A DNA stretch of 64,000 nt from Wickerhamiella versatilis. Lineage: Eukaryota. Position numbers and translations under genes: made by a program. Shown piece by piece: positions 30,411 through 39,884 of the stretch. The stretch is taken from NCBI GenBank assembly GCA_030867685.1, contig JAQOWU010000007.1:558001-622000 (forward strand), read 5' to 3'. Below the pieces are notes generated by a model. The model was not told where the DNA came from. It ran no database searches and saw only the letters and a program-made list of their open reading frames with translations. The number at the start of each line of letters is the position of its first letter. The first letter of the stretch is position 1.

Positions 30411-31811
30411 TCATAGCAAAAGCTTCAAAGGGTTCTCAAGAATGTTCTTCAGGGCCTTGATCCATTCTCCACCAACTGCACCATCAACAACCTTGTGATC
30501 AAAAGTGCCGGTGATTGTTATGACATCATCGAAAGAGATGCCGTTTTCAGCCAGAGGGTCCTCCACAGCCTTTCTCTCTGTGGTGCCGATGGCTACAATA
30601 ACACTCTGTGGTGGGTTGATGATAGCGGTAAAGATGGAGACTGCAGGGTTCATACCCATGTTAGAAATGGTGATGGTACCGCCCTGGTACTGCTCAGGGG
30701 CAAGCTTGCCATCACGGGCCTTTTTCACCAGTTCCTTGGATTGTTGAGAGATAGCACTCAGTCCAAGAGTGTCAGCGCCACGGATCACTGGAGTAATAAG
30801 ACCAGTCGGTGTGGCAACTGCCACAGAGACGTCGACTGCATTATAAGTACGGATGACCTTCTCCGACTCGATCCAGGCAGAGTTAGCGGCGGGAACCTTT
30901 TTGTTTGCCAAAGCAATGGCCTTGATCAAAATGTCGTTAAGGCTAATTTTGTACTCGCCATTGGCCTGCTCATTCAAAGATTTCCGCAACTCAAGGAGTT
31001 TCGAGACACTCACCTGGGAGCTAACAATGAAATCTGGATTAGTCTGCTTCGAATTCGTCAAGCGCTTGGCGATAGTGCCACGCATGTTCGAAATCGGGGC
31101 ATCAACATACTCTGGACCAGCTGCTGCTGCTGCAGGAGCAGCTGGCTTGAAGTTCTCCACATCGCGTTTAATGATACGGCCGTTGGGACCGGTACCCTTC
31201 ACGTCACTGAGCTTAATGCCCTTGTCAAGTGCGATCATCTTAGCAAGCGGACTGGCAAAAATACGACCGGCAGGGGGTGCTGATGGGGCCGCAGCACCAG
31301 AAGATTTGGGCTTTTCCTCAGCAGCAGGCTTTGATTCTGACTTGGACTCCTCCTTCGGCTCCTCTGCGGGCTCTTCCTTTGCAGCCTTCGCGGGTAGTCC
31401 ACCCGCGTCATCTATGGTAAAAGACTCGAATGCAGGGACGCTGTCCTGTTCCTCCACATAAACACCAAGTGGGGTACCAACGGCAACATCCTTGGTTCCC
31501 TCAGGGATAAGCTGCTTCGCGAGGTAACCATCTTCCTGGAACTCGAAGTCCATAACAGCCTTATCAGTCTCTATTTCAACGAGAGGGTCACCGACGCTAA
31601 GTTTGTCGCCGGCATTTTTGTTCCACTTACCAACGTTGCCCTGTTCCATGGTTGGCGACAGCGCTGGCATGTCTATCACTGTATGCGGAGGGAAATCTTT
31701 CGCGGCATATCCACGAGCAAGCTGCAACAACGGAGCACGAAGTCTTAATGTCGCGGGAGATGCCACCAAAGGGATTTGACGGGTGACGACGGCACGCGCA
31801 CTTCGCAGCAT
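30411..31811 (-). CDS. LAT1: Pyruvate dehydrogenase E2 (dihydrolipoamide acetyltransferase), mitochondrial
   Basis: Presequence MLRSARA..., lipoyl EIETDKA, E3-binding FASPLAK, catalytic FDHKVVDG. Alternative ATG at 31850. Confidence 0.97.
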   Translation of the reverse strand: MLRSARAVVTRQIPLVASPATLRLRAPLLQLARGYAAKDFPPHTVIDMPALSPTMEQGNVGKWNKNAGDKLSVGDPLVEIETDKAVMDFEFQEDGYLAKQLIPEGTKDVAVGTPLGVYVEEQDSVPAFESFTIDDAGGLPAKAAKEEPAEEPKEESKSESKPAAEEKPKSSGAAAPSAPPAGRIFASPLAKMIALDKGIKLSDVKGTGPNGRIIKRDVENFKPAAPAAAAAGPEYVDAPISNMRGTIAKRLTNSKQTNPDFIVSSQVSVSKLLELRKSLNEQANGEYKISLNDILIKAIALANKKVPAANSAWIESEKVIRTYNAVDVSVAVATPTGLITPVIRGADTLGLSAISQQSKELVKKARDGKLAPEQYQGGTITISNMGMNPAVSIFTAIINPPQSVIVAIGTTERKAVEDPLAENGISFDDVITITGTFDHKVVDGAVGGEWIKALKNILENPLKLLL

Positions 31812-32093
31812 TGAAGTGGTAGGTTGTCGATTTGTGTTGGTCAGCAACATCTTCAGTGGTTGGGGCTAATAGATTAGTAATCTTGAATCAAGCATGGTCT
31901 GGGGCAGAATTAACTGCTGAAATATTCTTGTGAGGGCTATAATATAAAGTTATCTATACAATAATATATACATTTGCTTATTTATCTACATTTGTATTAA
32001 CGGATCTTGGATTTTTTTCTTCCTCAGCCATGAAAAATCTCTGTCAGGATAAGGTATCATAGCTGATAAATGGTAACTAGGTAGCAGTAAACG

Positions 32094-32918
32094 CTAGTCT
32101 GTAAACCACTCTAATCCCACCCTTGGTAAGCCTTCGAATTGTGGCACACCTGGAGGGGCAGTTTGCCACTCTACGCTAAGTGCGTCGTCAAGCATGTCAC
32201 GGGCTGTGGACCAAGAGTAGCGGACCAATGGCCCCCACCCAAATAATTTGTCCATATTATTGCGTAACCAAGCGACTGTTGCAGGATCTGCAGGATATCC
32301 TGAACCGCAGTTTTCTAGTTGAGACTTAAGTGATACATCGCGAGTCACCTTGGCACAGATAGATGCGCAACTGACAATAGGATACAAGGAGTCGGCTTTC
32401 TTTGTGACTACAACCTTTCTACCAGGAAATCGAGCGCTCAATTTCGCTTGATACTTGTCAGGTGGCCCAACTGTATCAACATATATCTCAGTTACATCGA
32501 CCCCACTGTCAAGAACGAGTTGAATTAGATCAATAGTGGAATCATGAGCTTGGTTATTGAGGTTATAGGCTATGCCAGGTCTGAGCATCCCCGCAGCAAT
32601 ATCTCTTGCAGTAAGTATGGTAGTAGCCCAGCCTATGTTTTTTTGGAGCTCGGCATCCGTGCCCATTCTGCGAAGAAGCTTTTCACGGAAGTCTGCTGCC
32701 AATACCTTAGAATCGGCAAACCCCACGTCCTTAAGCGTGTCCTTAAAACTCACCGGGCAATACGCGACCGCGTAAACCATTGGGCCCAAAACTGGTCCCC
32801 GCCCAGCTTCATCCACGCCCAATATACAAGGTTGACCAATTACTCCTTCGCCCATTTCATGATGGGTATGTGACCTCGTTAAGTTTTCTTGAGGCAGCGA
32901 AGGCGGCCATGAAACCAT
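32094..32918 (-). CDS. RNH201: RNase H2 catalytic subunit A
   Basis: GVDEAGRGPVLGPMVY, DSK, YVDTVG, KADSLYPIVS, GSGYPAD. Confidence 0.95.
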   Translation of the reverse strand: MVSWPPSLPQENLTRSHTHHEMGEGVIGQPCILGVDEAGRGPVLGPMVYAVAYCPVSFKDTLKDVGFADSKVLAADFREKLLRRMGTDAELQKNIGWATTILTARDIAAGMLRPGIAYNLNNQAHDSTIDLIQLVLDSGVDVTEIYVDTVGPPDKYQAKLSARFPGRKVVVTKKADSLYPIVSCASICAKVTRDVSLKSQLENCGSGYPADPATVAWLRNNMDKLFGWGPLVRYSWSTARDMLDDALSVEWQTAPPGVPQFEGLPRVGLEWFTD

Positions 32919-32974
32919 TAGAACACGGTCTCACACACGAATAATGTTACGGGTTAGGGTTGATCTATACAATA

Positions 32975-34414
32975 TCACTGTCTATTTACATTGGTAAGTG
33001 TGCCAAAACTTAGAACCTGCCCAATTCTGTCACTACCTGTCAAAAGCATTACCAGTCTGTCGACACCGAGGCCCCAGCCACCAGTAGGTGGTAAGCCCCA
33101 TTCCATTGCCTCGACATAGGACTTATCGGGCACCTCAGAGTTCTGTGCCTGGAGTTTAATTAGTTGTGCCTCGGGATCGTTTTCCTCCTCATAAGCATTA
33201 ACGTATTCACGGCCCCGAATAAGGAGCTCAAACCTACGAGACAATGCATTTTCCTGCTTGGCAAGCGGTGCCAGGCACGAAGGGTGGTTGATAATGAACG
33301 TAGGCTCGGTACATTGTGGCTCTAGAAACATCGCAGAAAGCCGGTCAAGTAGTTTATCATCCTTGTCACCAGGTTCAAATTCACAGCCCACCTTTGTGCA
33401 GTAGTCACGGATATCGCTCATATTGAGGGAAAGCCCTGTCGCCTCCTCAAGAGCAGGGACAAAGTCAAGAGTATGCCAGTGACCCAGGAGAATATCCGCA
33501 TTAGGAGCATACTCAGGAAACCGCTGGGCCACTGTTCGGGCAACGGACGTAATGAGGGCTTTTGTTATATCCATTAAATCCTCCAGGGATGCAAATGCCA
33601 TATAGAATTCACACGTCGTGAACTCTGGATTATGCGTGGCATCCACGCCCTCATTGCGGAACGACGGTCCCACCTCATATACCCTATCCATTCCACCAAT
33701 GACGAGACGCTTGAGCCACAACTCTGGAGCAACACGTAGCCACAATTGCTCCTCAGACATTTTGAAAGGTTCTGCAGACGCTCCACCGCGTTGTGAGGAT
33801 ATAATGGGTGTCTGTACTTGAGTAAACCCTTGATGCCGTAGGAAAGACTGTATGGATGCCAAAACCTCAGATCGTGCTTCAATAACATTTCTCGCCTCTT
33901 TAAATGCTTTGAGTTCCGCCACTCTGTTATGCTGTCGCACTGTGCTGCTGGCACTGGGCTCGGGCAGAGGGTGGAGACAGGGACTTAATAGAGTCACAGA
34001 TCCGAGCAGGGAGAGTTCTCCGGCCTTTGTGCGCCAAATTATTCCGGTAGCACCAATAGCATCACCACGACGCACCAGGGGCATCTCAGTCGTGTCACCC
34101 CCAGCACTTTTGTTCACGACGACCTGGATTCTCGCCCCGCGCTCCTCCAGGTCTACAAACCAAAGATTCTTACCAGCTGATCGCACCCCTAGGACTCTAC
34201 CCCGTATATTCACCTCTCTCCCTTTTGCTTCCCGGGCTGGTGTATGCACCACCGAGTCAGAAGTTCGGCAAATATCGGCCACAGGAACTACCTGGCGATA
34301 TGACTGTACCAGGGGATACGCATGAGACTTTTTTAGTGCCGCATTACGCTCCTCATAGGTCATCACAAGCCTGCGGGCCGCCCGCCGGACTACAGCTGTG
34401 GACAGCCTTCGCAT
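32975..34414 (-). CDS. MSK1: Mitochondrial lysyl-tRNA synthetase
   Basis: Arg-rich presequence MRRLSTAVV, GGASAEPF, LRVAPELWLKRL, FRNEG..HNPEFT, GLPPTGGWGLGVDRL. Confidence 0.92.
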   Translation of the reverse strand: MRRLSTAVVRRAARRLVMTYEERNAALKKSHAYPLVQSYRQVVPVADICRTSDSVVHTPAREAKGREVNIRGRVLGVRSAGKNLWFVDLEERGARIQVVVNKSAGGDTTEMPLVRRGDAIGATGIIWRTKAGELSLLGSVTLLSPCLHPLPEPSASSTVRQHNRVAELKAFKEARNVIEARSEVLASIQSFLRHQGFTQVQTPIISSQRGGASAEPFKMSEEQLWLRVAPELWLKRLVIGGMDRVYEVGPSFRNEGVDATHNPEFTTCEFYMAFASLEDLMDITKALITSVARTVAQRFPEYAPNADILLGHWHTLDFVPALEEATGLSLNMSDIRDYCTKVGCEFEPGDKDDKLLDRLSAMFLEPQCTEPTFIINHPSCLAPLAKQENALSRRFELLIRGREYVNAYEEENDPEAQLIKLQAQNSEVPDKSYVEAMEWGLPPTGGWGLGVDRLVMLLTGSDRIGQVLSFGTLTNVNRQ

Positions 34415-34540
34415 AGGTGTGAGACTGACGTAACGTGACGTGCACTTGTGGGGGATATACGGAGAAAAAAGAGAAATGGACGCTAAGAAATATAGGAGGG
34501 AGAAAAGCAATTGTAATTTAAGATTCTATTTATCCAATAT

Positions 34541-35326
34541 CTACTGTGCAGTGGTGGCTACTGGCGTAGCAGGCCCTGGGATACGAGAGACCGCAGATTT
34601 AAACTGGACCCAGTATTGTTTGGCTGCAGGTGGCAGGGACGGGTGACCCAAAAGGTTATCTGCCCGCACCTCAAGAGATCGAAGAGTGTTCCGGGTGTAA
34701 GGCGATGAGGCGAAACGCAGACGGTAAAACACCAAGAATCCGAAGAGCTGGATCCACGAGCCCTTGCGGAAGGTCAGAGCCGCAAGAACGAGTCGGAAGA
34801 GTACTAGCGTCTCTATCGAGGCTACGGCGGCAGTCAAAGGTTCATTCCATCCCTTGACAATGCGGTCGATATGGTGGGTGGCCGGACCGCTGTAGTCAAT
34901 GGCAGGGAGAATATATGACTTAATGTAGGTGAGAGCATGGAAGAATGAGAAGATGGCGAAAGGCAGCAGGGTCAAGAAGTACTTGCGGGTAAAAAGCAAG
35001 ACCACAGCGAGGCCTAGGTAGTGCACGTTATCCTCAGCAACCAACTGAGACACGGTAGGCTTCGTGGCTCCCACTGTGTACTTCTGGCGGAGGATGATAG
35101 CAAAAGACACGATTGCAGAAACATAGGCAAATCGGTACTCAAAGTTAGAAATACGAGGAAACGCGGCAAACAAGACCGTGAAAATGGTGCCTAGCAGCAC
35201 GCCTACGTGGCCAAGAAACCAGGCAAACTCTGTGGTCTTAGCGAGCTGCTCAAGCTTAGCATGCTTGCTGGCAGTTGGGTTGCTAGCAGCAGGTTTGGGA
35301 GCGGGTTTTGGTGTATGGGTGCTCAT
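34541..35326 (-). CDS. POM33: TMEM33/Pom33 ER and nuclear-pore membrane protein
   Basis: FAWFLGH, EDNVHYL, LLPFAIFSFFHALTY motifs; ATG at 35326. Confidence 0.85.
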   Translation of the reverse strand: MSTHTPKPAPKPAASNPTASKHAKLEQLAKTTEFAWFLGHVGVLLGTIFTVLFAAFPRISNFEYRFAYVSAIVSFAIILRQKYTVGATKPTVSQLVAEDNVHYLGLAVVLLFTRKYFLTLLPFAIFSFFHALTYIKSYILPAIDYSGPATHHIDRIVKGWNEPLTAAVASIETLVLFRLVLAALTFRKGSWIQLFGFLVFYRLRFASSPYTRNTLRSLEVRADNLLGHPSLPPAAKQYWVQFKSAVSRIPGPATPVATTAQ

Positions 35327-35502
35327 ATTAGTGTGAAAGGGAAGAATGTAACATCCAGACCAGATTAGAACACTATCGCGGTAAGGGTTGTATAATGCAA
35401 TCGCGCAACACCGCGTTTTCAAACATGTATGGGGCCGTTGAACGGCTGCCAAACGTAGTCGAGAATTTTTTTTAAAACAAATATAGATAAATACTACCTA
35501 GT

Positions 35503-36837
35503 CTACTTGAGGCCAAATCCACGACGGGGCACCCTCTTCGCGTCCTCATGACCTTGAATTTGATGCTCCAGACGTTGTTTGCGAGCCTCGAGCTCCGCAT
35601 GCTGCTTCTCCAGGTCAGCTCGGATCTCTTTGTGCTTGGCAAACAGTTCTGCCTCGCTCTTCTTGAGCTTCATTTCCTTTTCTGTGACCTTCTGCTGGAA
35701 GACACTGCGCATCTCCGCCTCCATCTTGGCCAGCCGCTGTTCATGTAGCTTGCGTTCCTCCTCTTGACGGGCAGCAGGATCCACCTCATTGAATACGGAA
35801 TTGTCCTGGGTAATACCCATTTCGAGAAGCTTTTCCGTCCGGTAGTTCTCATATAGGAGATTATTAGTGCGCTCCCGAAGGTCCTCCAAATGGTTCCTGA
35901 TCAGCAGCGCCCGCAGCTTGACGAAGTCGCAGTGATCCTCATTGCCCACTTCAATGACACCCCATGGGTACTGGCGTCCGAGCACTGTTCGGCCGTCGGG
36001 CGTCTGGACATAATTAGTGGAGCCTACGACGGCAAACGGTATCTTGGAGATGAGGTCCCCTGTTTCGGCAGACACCTCCTCGTCGTCATCCGTAAATGTG
36101 GGAGGATAGAAAATCTCGATGCCCTGGAAATGGATGTCGTTCAGCACTGAGCGCTTGAACTTGGTCATCTCCTCGTCAGTCATAGTATCCGCCTTGGATA
36201 TTATTGGAATCAAATTGACCTTACGGTGCAGCTTCTTCATAACCACTATGTCAAGCGGCTTCAACGAGTGGCCCGTGGGCTCGATGAAGTAGAGACACGC
36301 ATGCACACGGTTATCCGCATTGTTTGTGCGGTTCATACCCGTCTCTGTGTCAAGATATGCTTTGTTGCGCGCGTCTATCTCCTCCACTATCGGCTTCCAC
36401 GAGTCCAAGTTGTCCACGTGGTCGCCAAACCCGGGAGTGTCTATCACGGTTAGCCGCAGCCGCACGCCACTCTCCTCTATGTCTGACGTGACGGCGGTAA
36501 CGGAAACCCCGCGGCTCTCGTCATACGTCGTTGGCTCTCCCAGGTTGTGGAGGCTCGACTCAAACAAAGTATTCAGGAGAGTGGACTTGCCCAGTCCAGA
36601 CACACCAGCAACTATTAAATTGAGATTAAAGCCCTTGCGAATACATTTTTGGTGCCACTGTTGGGGCAAGTTGCTAAAACCTACAAACCCAGTGACTTTG
36701 CGCCGAACCACTGACGGCTGCGAGGTTGGCACCGCGCTCACTGTCTGCGGGACGGGAGGTGCTTCAGTAGCCATTTGGAACCCTTCCTCGCTACCTTCTG
36801 GGGGAGTAGATGCAGTAGTTTCGGCTGTAGGCACCAT
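35503..36837 (-). CDS. CDS3-group septin CDC3: Septin, Cdc3 group
   Basis: GFVGFSNLPQQW, G1 GVSGLGKST, DTPGFGD, KAD, GRQYPWG, C-terminal coiled coil KMEAEMRSVFQQKV. Confidence 0.9.
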   Translation of the reverse strand: MVPTAETTASTPPEGSEEGFQMATEAPPVPQTVSAVPTSQPSVVRRKVTGFVGFSNLPQQWHQKCIRKGFNLNLIVAGVSGLGKSTLLNTLFESSLHNLGEPTTYDESRGVSVTAVTSDIEESGVRLRLTVIDTPGFGDHVDNLDSWKPIVEEIDARNKAYLDTETGMNRTNNADNRVHACLYFIEPTGHSLKPLDIVVMKKLHRKVNLIPIISKADTMTDEEMTKFKRSVLNDIHFQGIEIFYPPTFTDDDEEVSAETGDLISKIPFAVVGSTNYVQTPDGRTVLGRQYPWGVIEVGNEDHCDFVKLRALLIRNHLEDLRERTNNLLYENYRTEKLLEMGITQDNSVFNEVDPAARQEEERKLHEQRLAKMEAEMRSVFQQKVTEKEMKLKKSEAELFAKHKEIRADLEKQHAELEARKQRLEHQIQGHEDAKRVPRRGFGLK

Positions 36838-37069
36838 CCTGAATCTGGTGATAACGAAACGCGCTTAAGGGATGATGGATCGCGTAAGGGCCACCTTATG
36901 TGCCCTTACCCTGAATTTCCAAAGGGGGCTCCACCCACTGTGACCAGGATGCCACTTGCGGCAAGAATCCAACAACTGAATTTAAAAACGCCTTTATTTG
37001 GTGAATATTAACTTACTCTAAACGATACTGATTATGAAAAACGGGGGCCTATGCACATAACACGACTGA

Positions 37070-37262
37070 AATAGCTCAGCCCCTCACTAGAGTCTGAAAC
37101 TCTGGTTCTGGACCTCAGGGCTGAATGAAAAGAAAGACAAGGCCTTTTTATTAAGGTTTATGGCACTTTTATGGGGTACTTAGCAAGTGATGTGATGTTC
37201 AGTTGCACCAAATGACAGGTGAAACAACGTCTCACTTATGATCGTTTAATAGCTGACATAGT
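37070..37262 (+). ncRNA. Candidate H/ACA snoRNA
   Basis: Two hairpins with + strand G-U pairs, ANANNA (AGACAA, 37135-37140) between them, ACA at 37256-37258. Confidence 0.4.
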
Positions 37263-37390
37263 TTGTTAACTACATGGGTTAGTATGTAGGTTGGTTAATT
37301 GGTTGCGTGACTTATTGAGCTAATAATTAGATAGATACAAAGTTTCGATTAACGCAGTCTAGTGGTTTTTTATTTCACGTTTCGATCACC

Positions 37391-38458
37391 CTAATTGGGT
37401 TTACTGCTTTTTTTAGACGACGGGTTATTATCGGTGCGTTTGCGCTTACGGGTGAACGAGGATATGTCCTGAGCTCCACTCAGCAAATTTGAGAATACGT
37501 CACGGGCAATGGATGCCTGACGGCCGGCCACATCTTGTGCTGTTTCCTTTGCCACAGCACTTGATGCGCTACCCGATTCTGCCTCCTTTTTCAGATCCTC
37601 AGCCCTAGTTTCCAGGTCCGCTGCCAGGTCTGATTTATTGTGGCGGGCAATTTCTGCTGCCTTCTGGGCGTGTTCAGCTGCCTGTTTTATCTCTTCAGCG
37701 TTCGCATACGCCCGGGCCAACTTCCAATGCGCCTCGCAAACTGGCATAGAATCCGCAGCATTCAGTTCCTCAGTCAATTCCAGGGCAGCCTCAAAATCCT
37801 CGGTGGCCTGTAGGTGATTATCATCCTCATCAGAGATCTCACCCAACAGGTTACGGGCATCCAAAAGCTTTTGCCGAATCTCAGGCGTTTGATCCTCCTT
37901 GGACCAAAGAACACGAGCCCAATCAACAACCTTAAATGCGGTTTTAAAGTCTGTTTCTTCTTCCTCTTCACCTTCGCCTTCACCCTCGTCTTCGTCTTCG
38001 TCTTCGTCCGCGTCTTCGTCCGCGTCCTCACCCACCTGGTCTTCCTGATCCTCCTCATCACCATTGTCCTGCTTTTTCTGAGCCTCTGCGGGTGCGTCAC
38101 CTTCACGTTTCTCACTGCTTTCTGTCGTTGATGGCTTGTCACCACTACCAGCATTCTCGGCGCCTGCCTCAGGTGCTGCTGAATCTTCAGCAAGTTGGAC
38201 ATGTGAATGCTCAACAGGAAGCTGGCGCTCGTCAGCCTGTTTCTGGTCCAAAACACCTACTTGACTTCTTGCAAGTTGAAAGAGGGCATTACCGTACTTG
38301 TAAAGCAATTCCGGGTCGTCCTTGCCGCCAGACTCCATATTATATTTTTCACACGCATTAGTGAATAGTTCGACAGCATTCTCATACTGCCTCTCAGCCA
38401 GTGCTTTTTCTGCAGCCTCCACTAGTGAAGAGCTATTTGAACTGGACGCGTTCGCCAT
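37391..38458 (-). CDS. HIF1: NASP/Hif1/Sim3 SHNi-TPR histone H3-H4 chaperone
   Basis: TPR with YGNALF interrupted by a long acidic tract, LGEISDEDDN (SHNi-TPR), C-terminal NLS RKRKR. Confidence 0.8.
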   Translation of the reverse strand: MANASSSNSSSLVEAAEKALAERQYENAVELFTNACEKYNMESGGKDDPELLYKYGNALFQLARSQVGVLDQKQADERQLPVEHSHVQLAEDSAAPEAGAENAGSGDKPSTTESSEKREGDAPAEAQKKQDNGDEEDQEDQVGEDADEDADEDEDEDEGEGEGEEEEETDFKTAFKVVDWARVLWSKEDQTPEIRQKLLDARNLLGEISDEDDNHLQATEDFEAALELTEELNAADSMPVCEAHWKLARAYANAEEIKQAAEHAQKAAEIARHNKSDLAADLETRAEDLKKEAESGSASSAVAKETAQDVAGRQASIARDVFSNLLSGAQDISSFTRKRKRTDNNPSSKKSSKPN

Positions 38459-38475
38459 AATTATATTACTAACAC

Positions 38476-38925
38476 ATGGCACCTCCAGAGAAAAGAAGAA
38501 GAAAGAAGACCCGCACTGCTGCGTTCTCGTCAGACAGTGATTCTGATTCCGATTCCTCAAACCAATCTGCATTGAGCGCAAATAAGCCTGATGATTCTGC
38601 CAGTGAGCCGAGCGAGCTAAGTGAAGGAGCCTTGTCAGATTCGGAGCCGGAGGCTGCGACGCAATTAGATCCCACTCAGGTATCCCGCGCAGAAGCAGAG
38701 ACAGCTCGCGAGCTGCTGCACAAGGCTCCGAGTCAGTCAGACGAAGAATTCAACCAGTTCTATATGAATCTCGTGACTGAACAGTTTTCTAATGACCTGG
38801 TGAAATTGCGACAAGCAAACGACTTTGGGCCTGGTTCGATCGATTTACTTATTGCAGGCCTTAAGCAGGGGGCCAATATTTTTGATGACGAGCAGAAGCG
38901 GATTCTCTTGAATCAGAAGGATTAA
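38476..38925 (+). CDS. RSA3: Ribosome assembly factor Rsa3
   Basis: RRRKKTRT plus SD-rich N-terminus; C-terminal F.NDL..LR.A.DF....L...LKQG..IF domain. Confidence 0.85.
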   Translation: MAPPEKRRRKKTRTAAFSSDSDSDSDSSNQSALSANKPDDSASEPSELSEGALSDSEPEAATQLDPTQVSRAEAETARELLHKAPSQSDEEFNQFYMNLVTEQFSNDLVKLRQANDFGPGSIDLLIAGLKQGANIFDDEQKRILLNQKD

Positions 38926-39637
38926 GGGGTGGCCCAGTCGGCATCCCATAGACCTCCACTTGGTGATAGCACTGCATCTCCTTATTATTAAAAGTAAATA
39001 TTATTAGGCCGGAGCTGCCGAGTGTTTCGACCGGCGGATCAAAGACGGCCGCGTCTGACCCTGTACGCCCATGAGCAGTCCTGTATGCGATGCCATCTAT
39101 AACGTACGAAACTGTGAAAGGCTTATCTTGAGAGACTGCGTTTACCTCTGCTCTGGATATTTTACCACTTGTGCCAAGCTGTAGTGCAATCGTAGCTGGA
39201 CCGTCTCGCACTAGAAGGCACAGTCCAATACCAGGGGGAGACATTAGGACTTGTAAATCATCGTCAATCAATCCCGAGAGCCCTATTCGGGACATAAGGG
39301 GCATCACCACGTGTGCCCCGGGAAAGTAGGCTGGCGTTGTGAGGTCAGGGTCAATATGAGCGCCAAAAAGCGGAGATGCCAAATTAGATAGCTTTTTTTG
39401 CGGAGGTTCTGTGGTAAATGATCGTAATATTGGTGAAAAAATTATCCAAAGCGCTAGCAGGACAGTGGTAAGGATCAGGATGTATCGACTCTTTCGAGAT
39501 CGATGGCTTCGCATGAGGGAAGCGTAAATTGTATTCAGTGTATCACATGACTCCACAGTGACAGTTTCCAGAGGGCCCTCCAAAGTCGCGAGGCAGATTT
39601 CGCGAATTAAAGCTGTTTCCTCCGCGCATTCTGGCAT
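38861..39637 (-). CDS. Small membrane protein with a degenerate SUN domain (Mps3/Sad1-like)
   Basis: TM helix, then NLASPLFGAHIDPDLTTPAY (SUN start), PGIGLC, and terminal QCYHQVEVYG (cf. TCxYRxRVHG). Confidence 0.55.
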   Translation of the reverse strand: MPECAEETALIREICLATLEGPLETVTVESCDTLNTIYASLMRSHRSRKSRYILILTTVLLALWIIFSPILRSFTTEPPQKKLSNLASPLFGAHIDPDLTTPAYFPGAHVVMPLMSRIGLSGLIDDDLQVLMSPPGIGLCLLVRDGPATIALQLGTSGKISRAEVNAVSQDKPFTVSYVIDGIAYRTAHGRTGSDAAVFDPPVETLGSSGLIIFTFNNKEMQCYHQVEVYGMPTGPPLNPSDSRESASARHQKYWPPA

Positions 39638-39884
39638 GCAACTGGGTTAGGGCTTATGTGTAGCCGAGAGTCAACAAGGCGAGCCTTTGGCTTCAAAGAC
39701 GCTGTGCCGAGTTTTTAGGAGACTTAAAATAACCGGGTATTATCCGATATCTTATAATACTAAAGTACTAACGTTACTCATGAGAATTTTCGCAAATTGG
39801 GTTGCATTTGGCTAGACAGTAAAATACAACTGCATCACAATCATTATGATGGATACTTAACAAGCCCATACTCTGTTTTAGGCC

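Noticed and set aside
32951-32961. GGGTTAGGGTT as a telomere or interstitial telomeric array
   Set aside because: Fewer than two units; better explained as a promoter motif.
37141-37152. GCCTTTTTATT as U5 snRNA loop I
   Set aside because: Does not match the invariant GCCUUUUAC and lacks the U5 stem and Sm-site context.
37960-38060. TCTTCG-type tandem repeats
   Set aside because: They encode the acidic D/E tract of HIF1; not a CRISPR array or mobile repeat.
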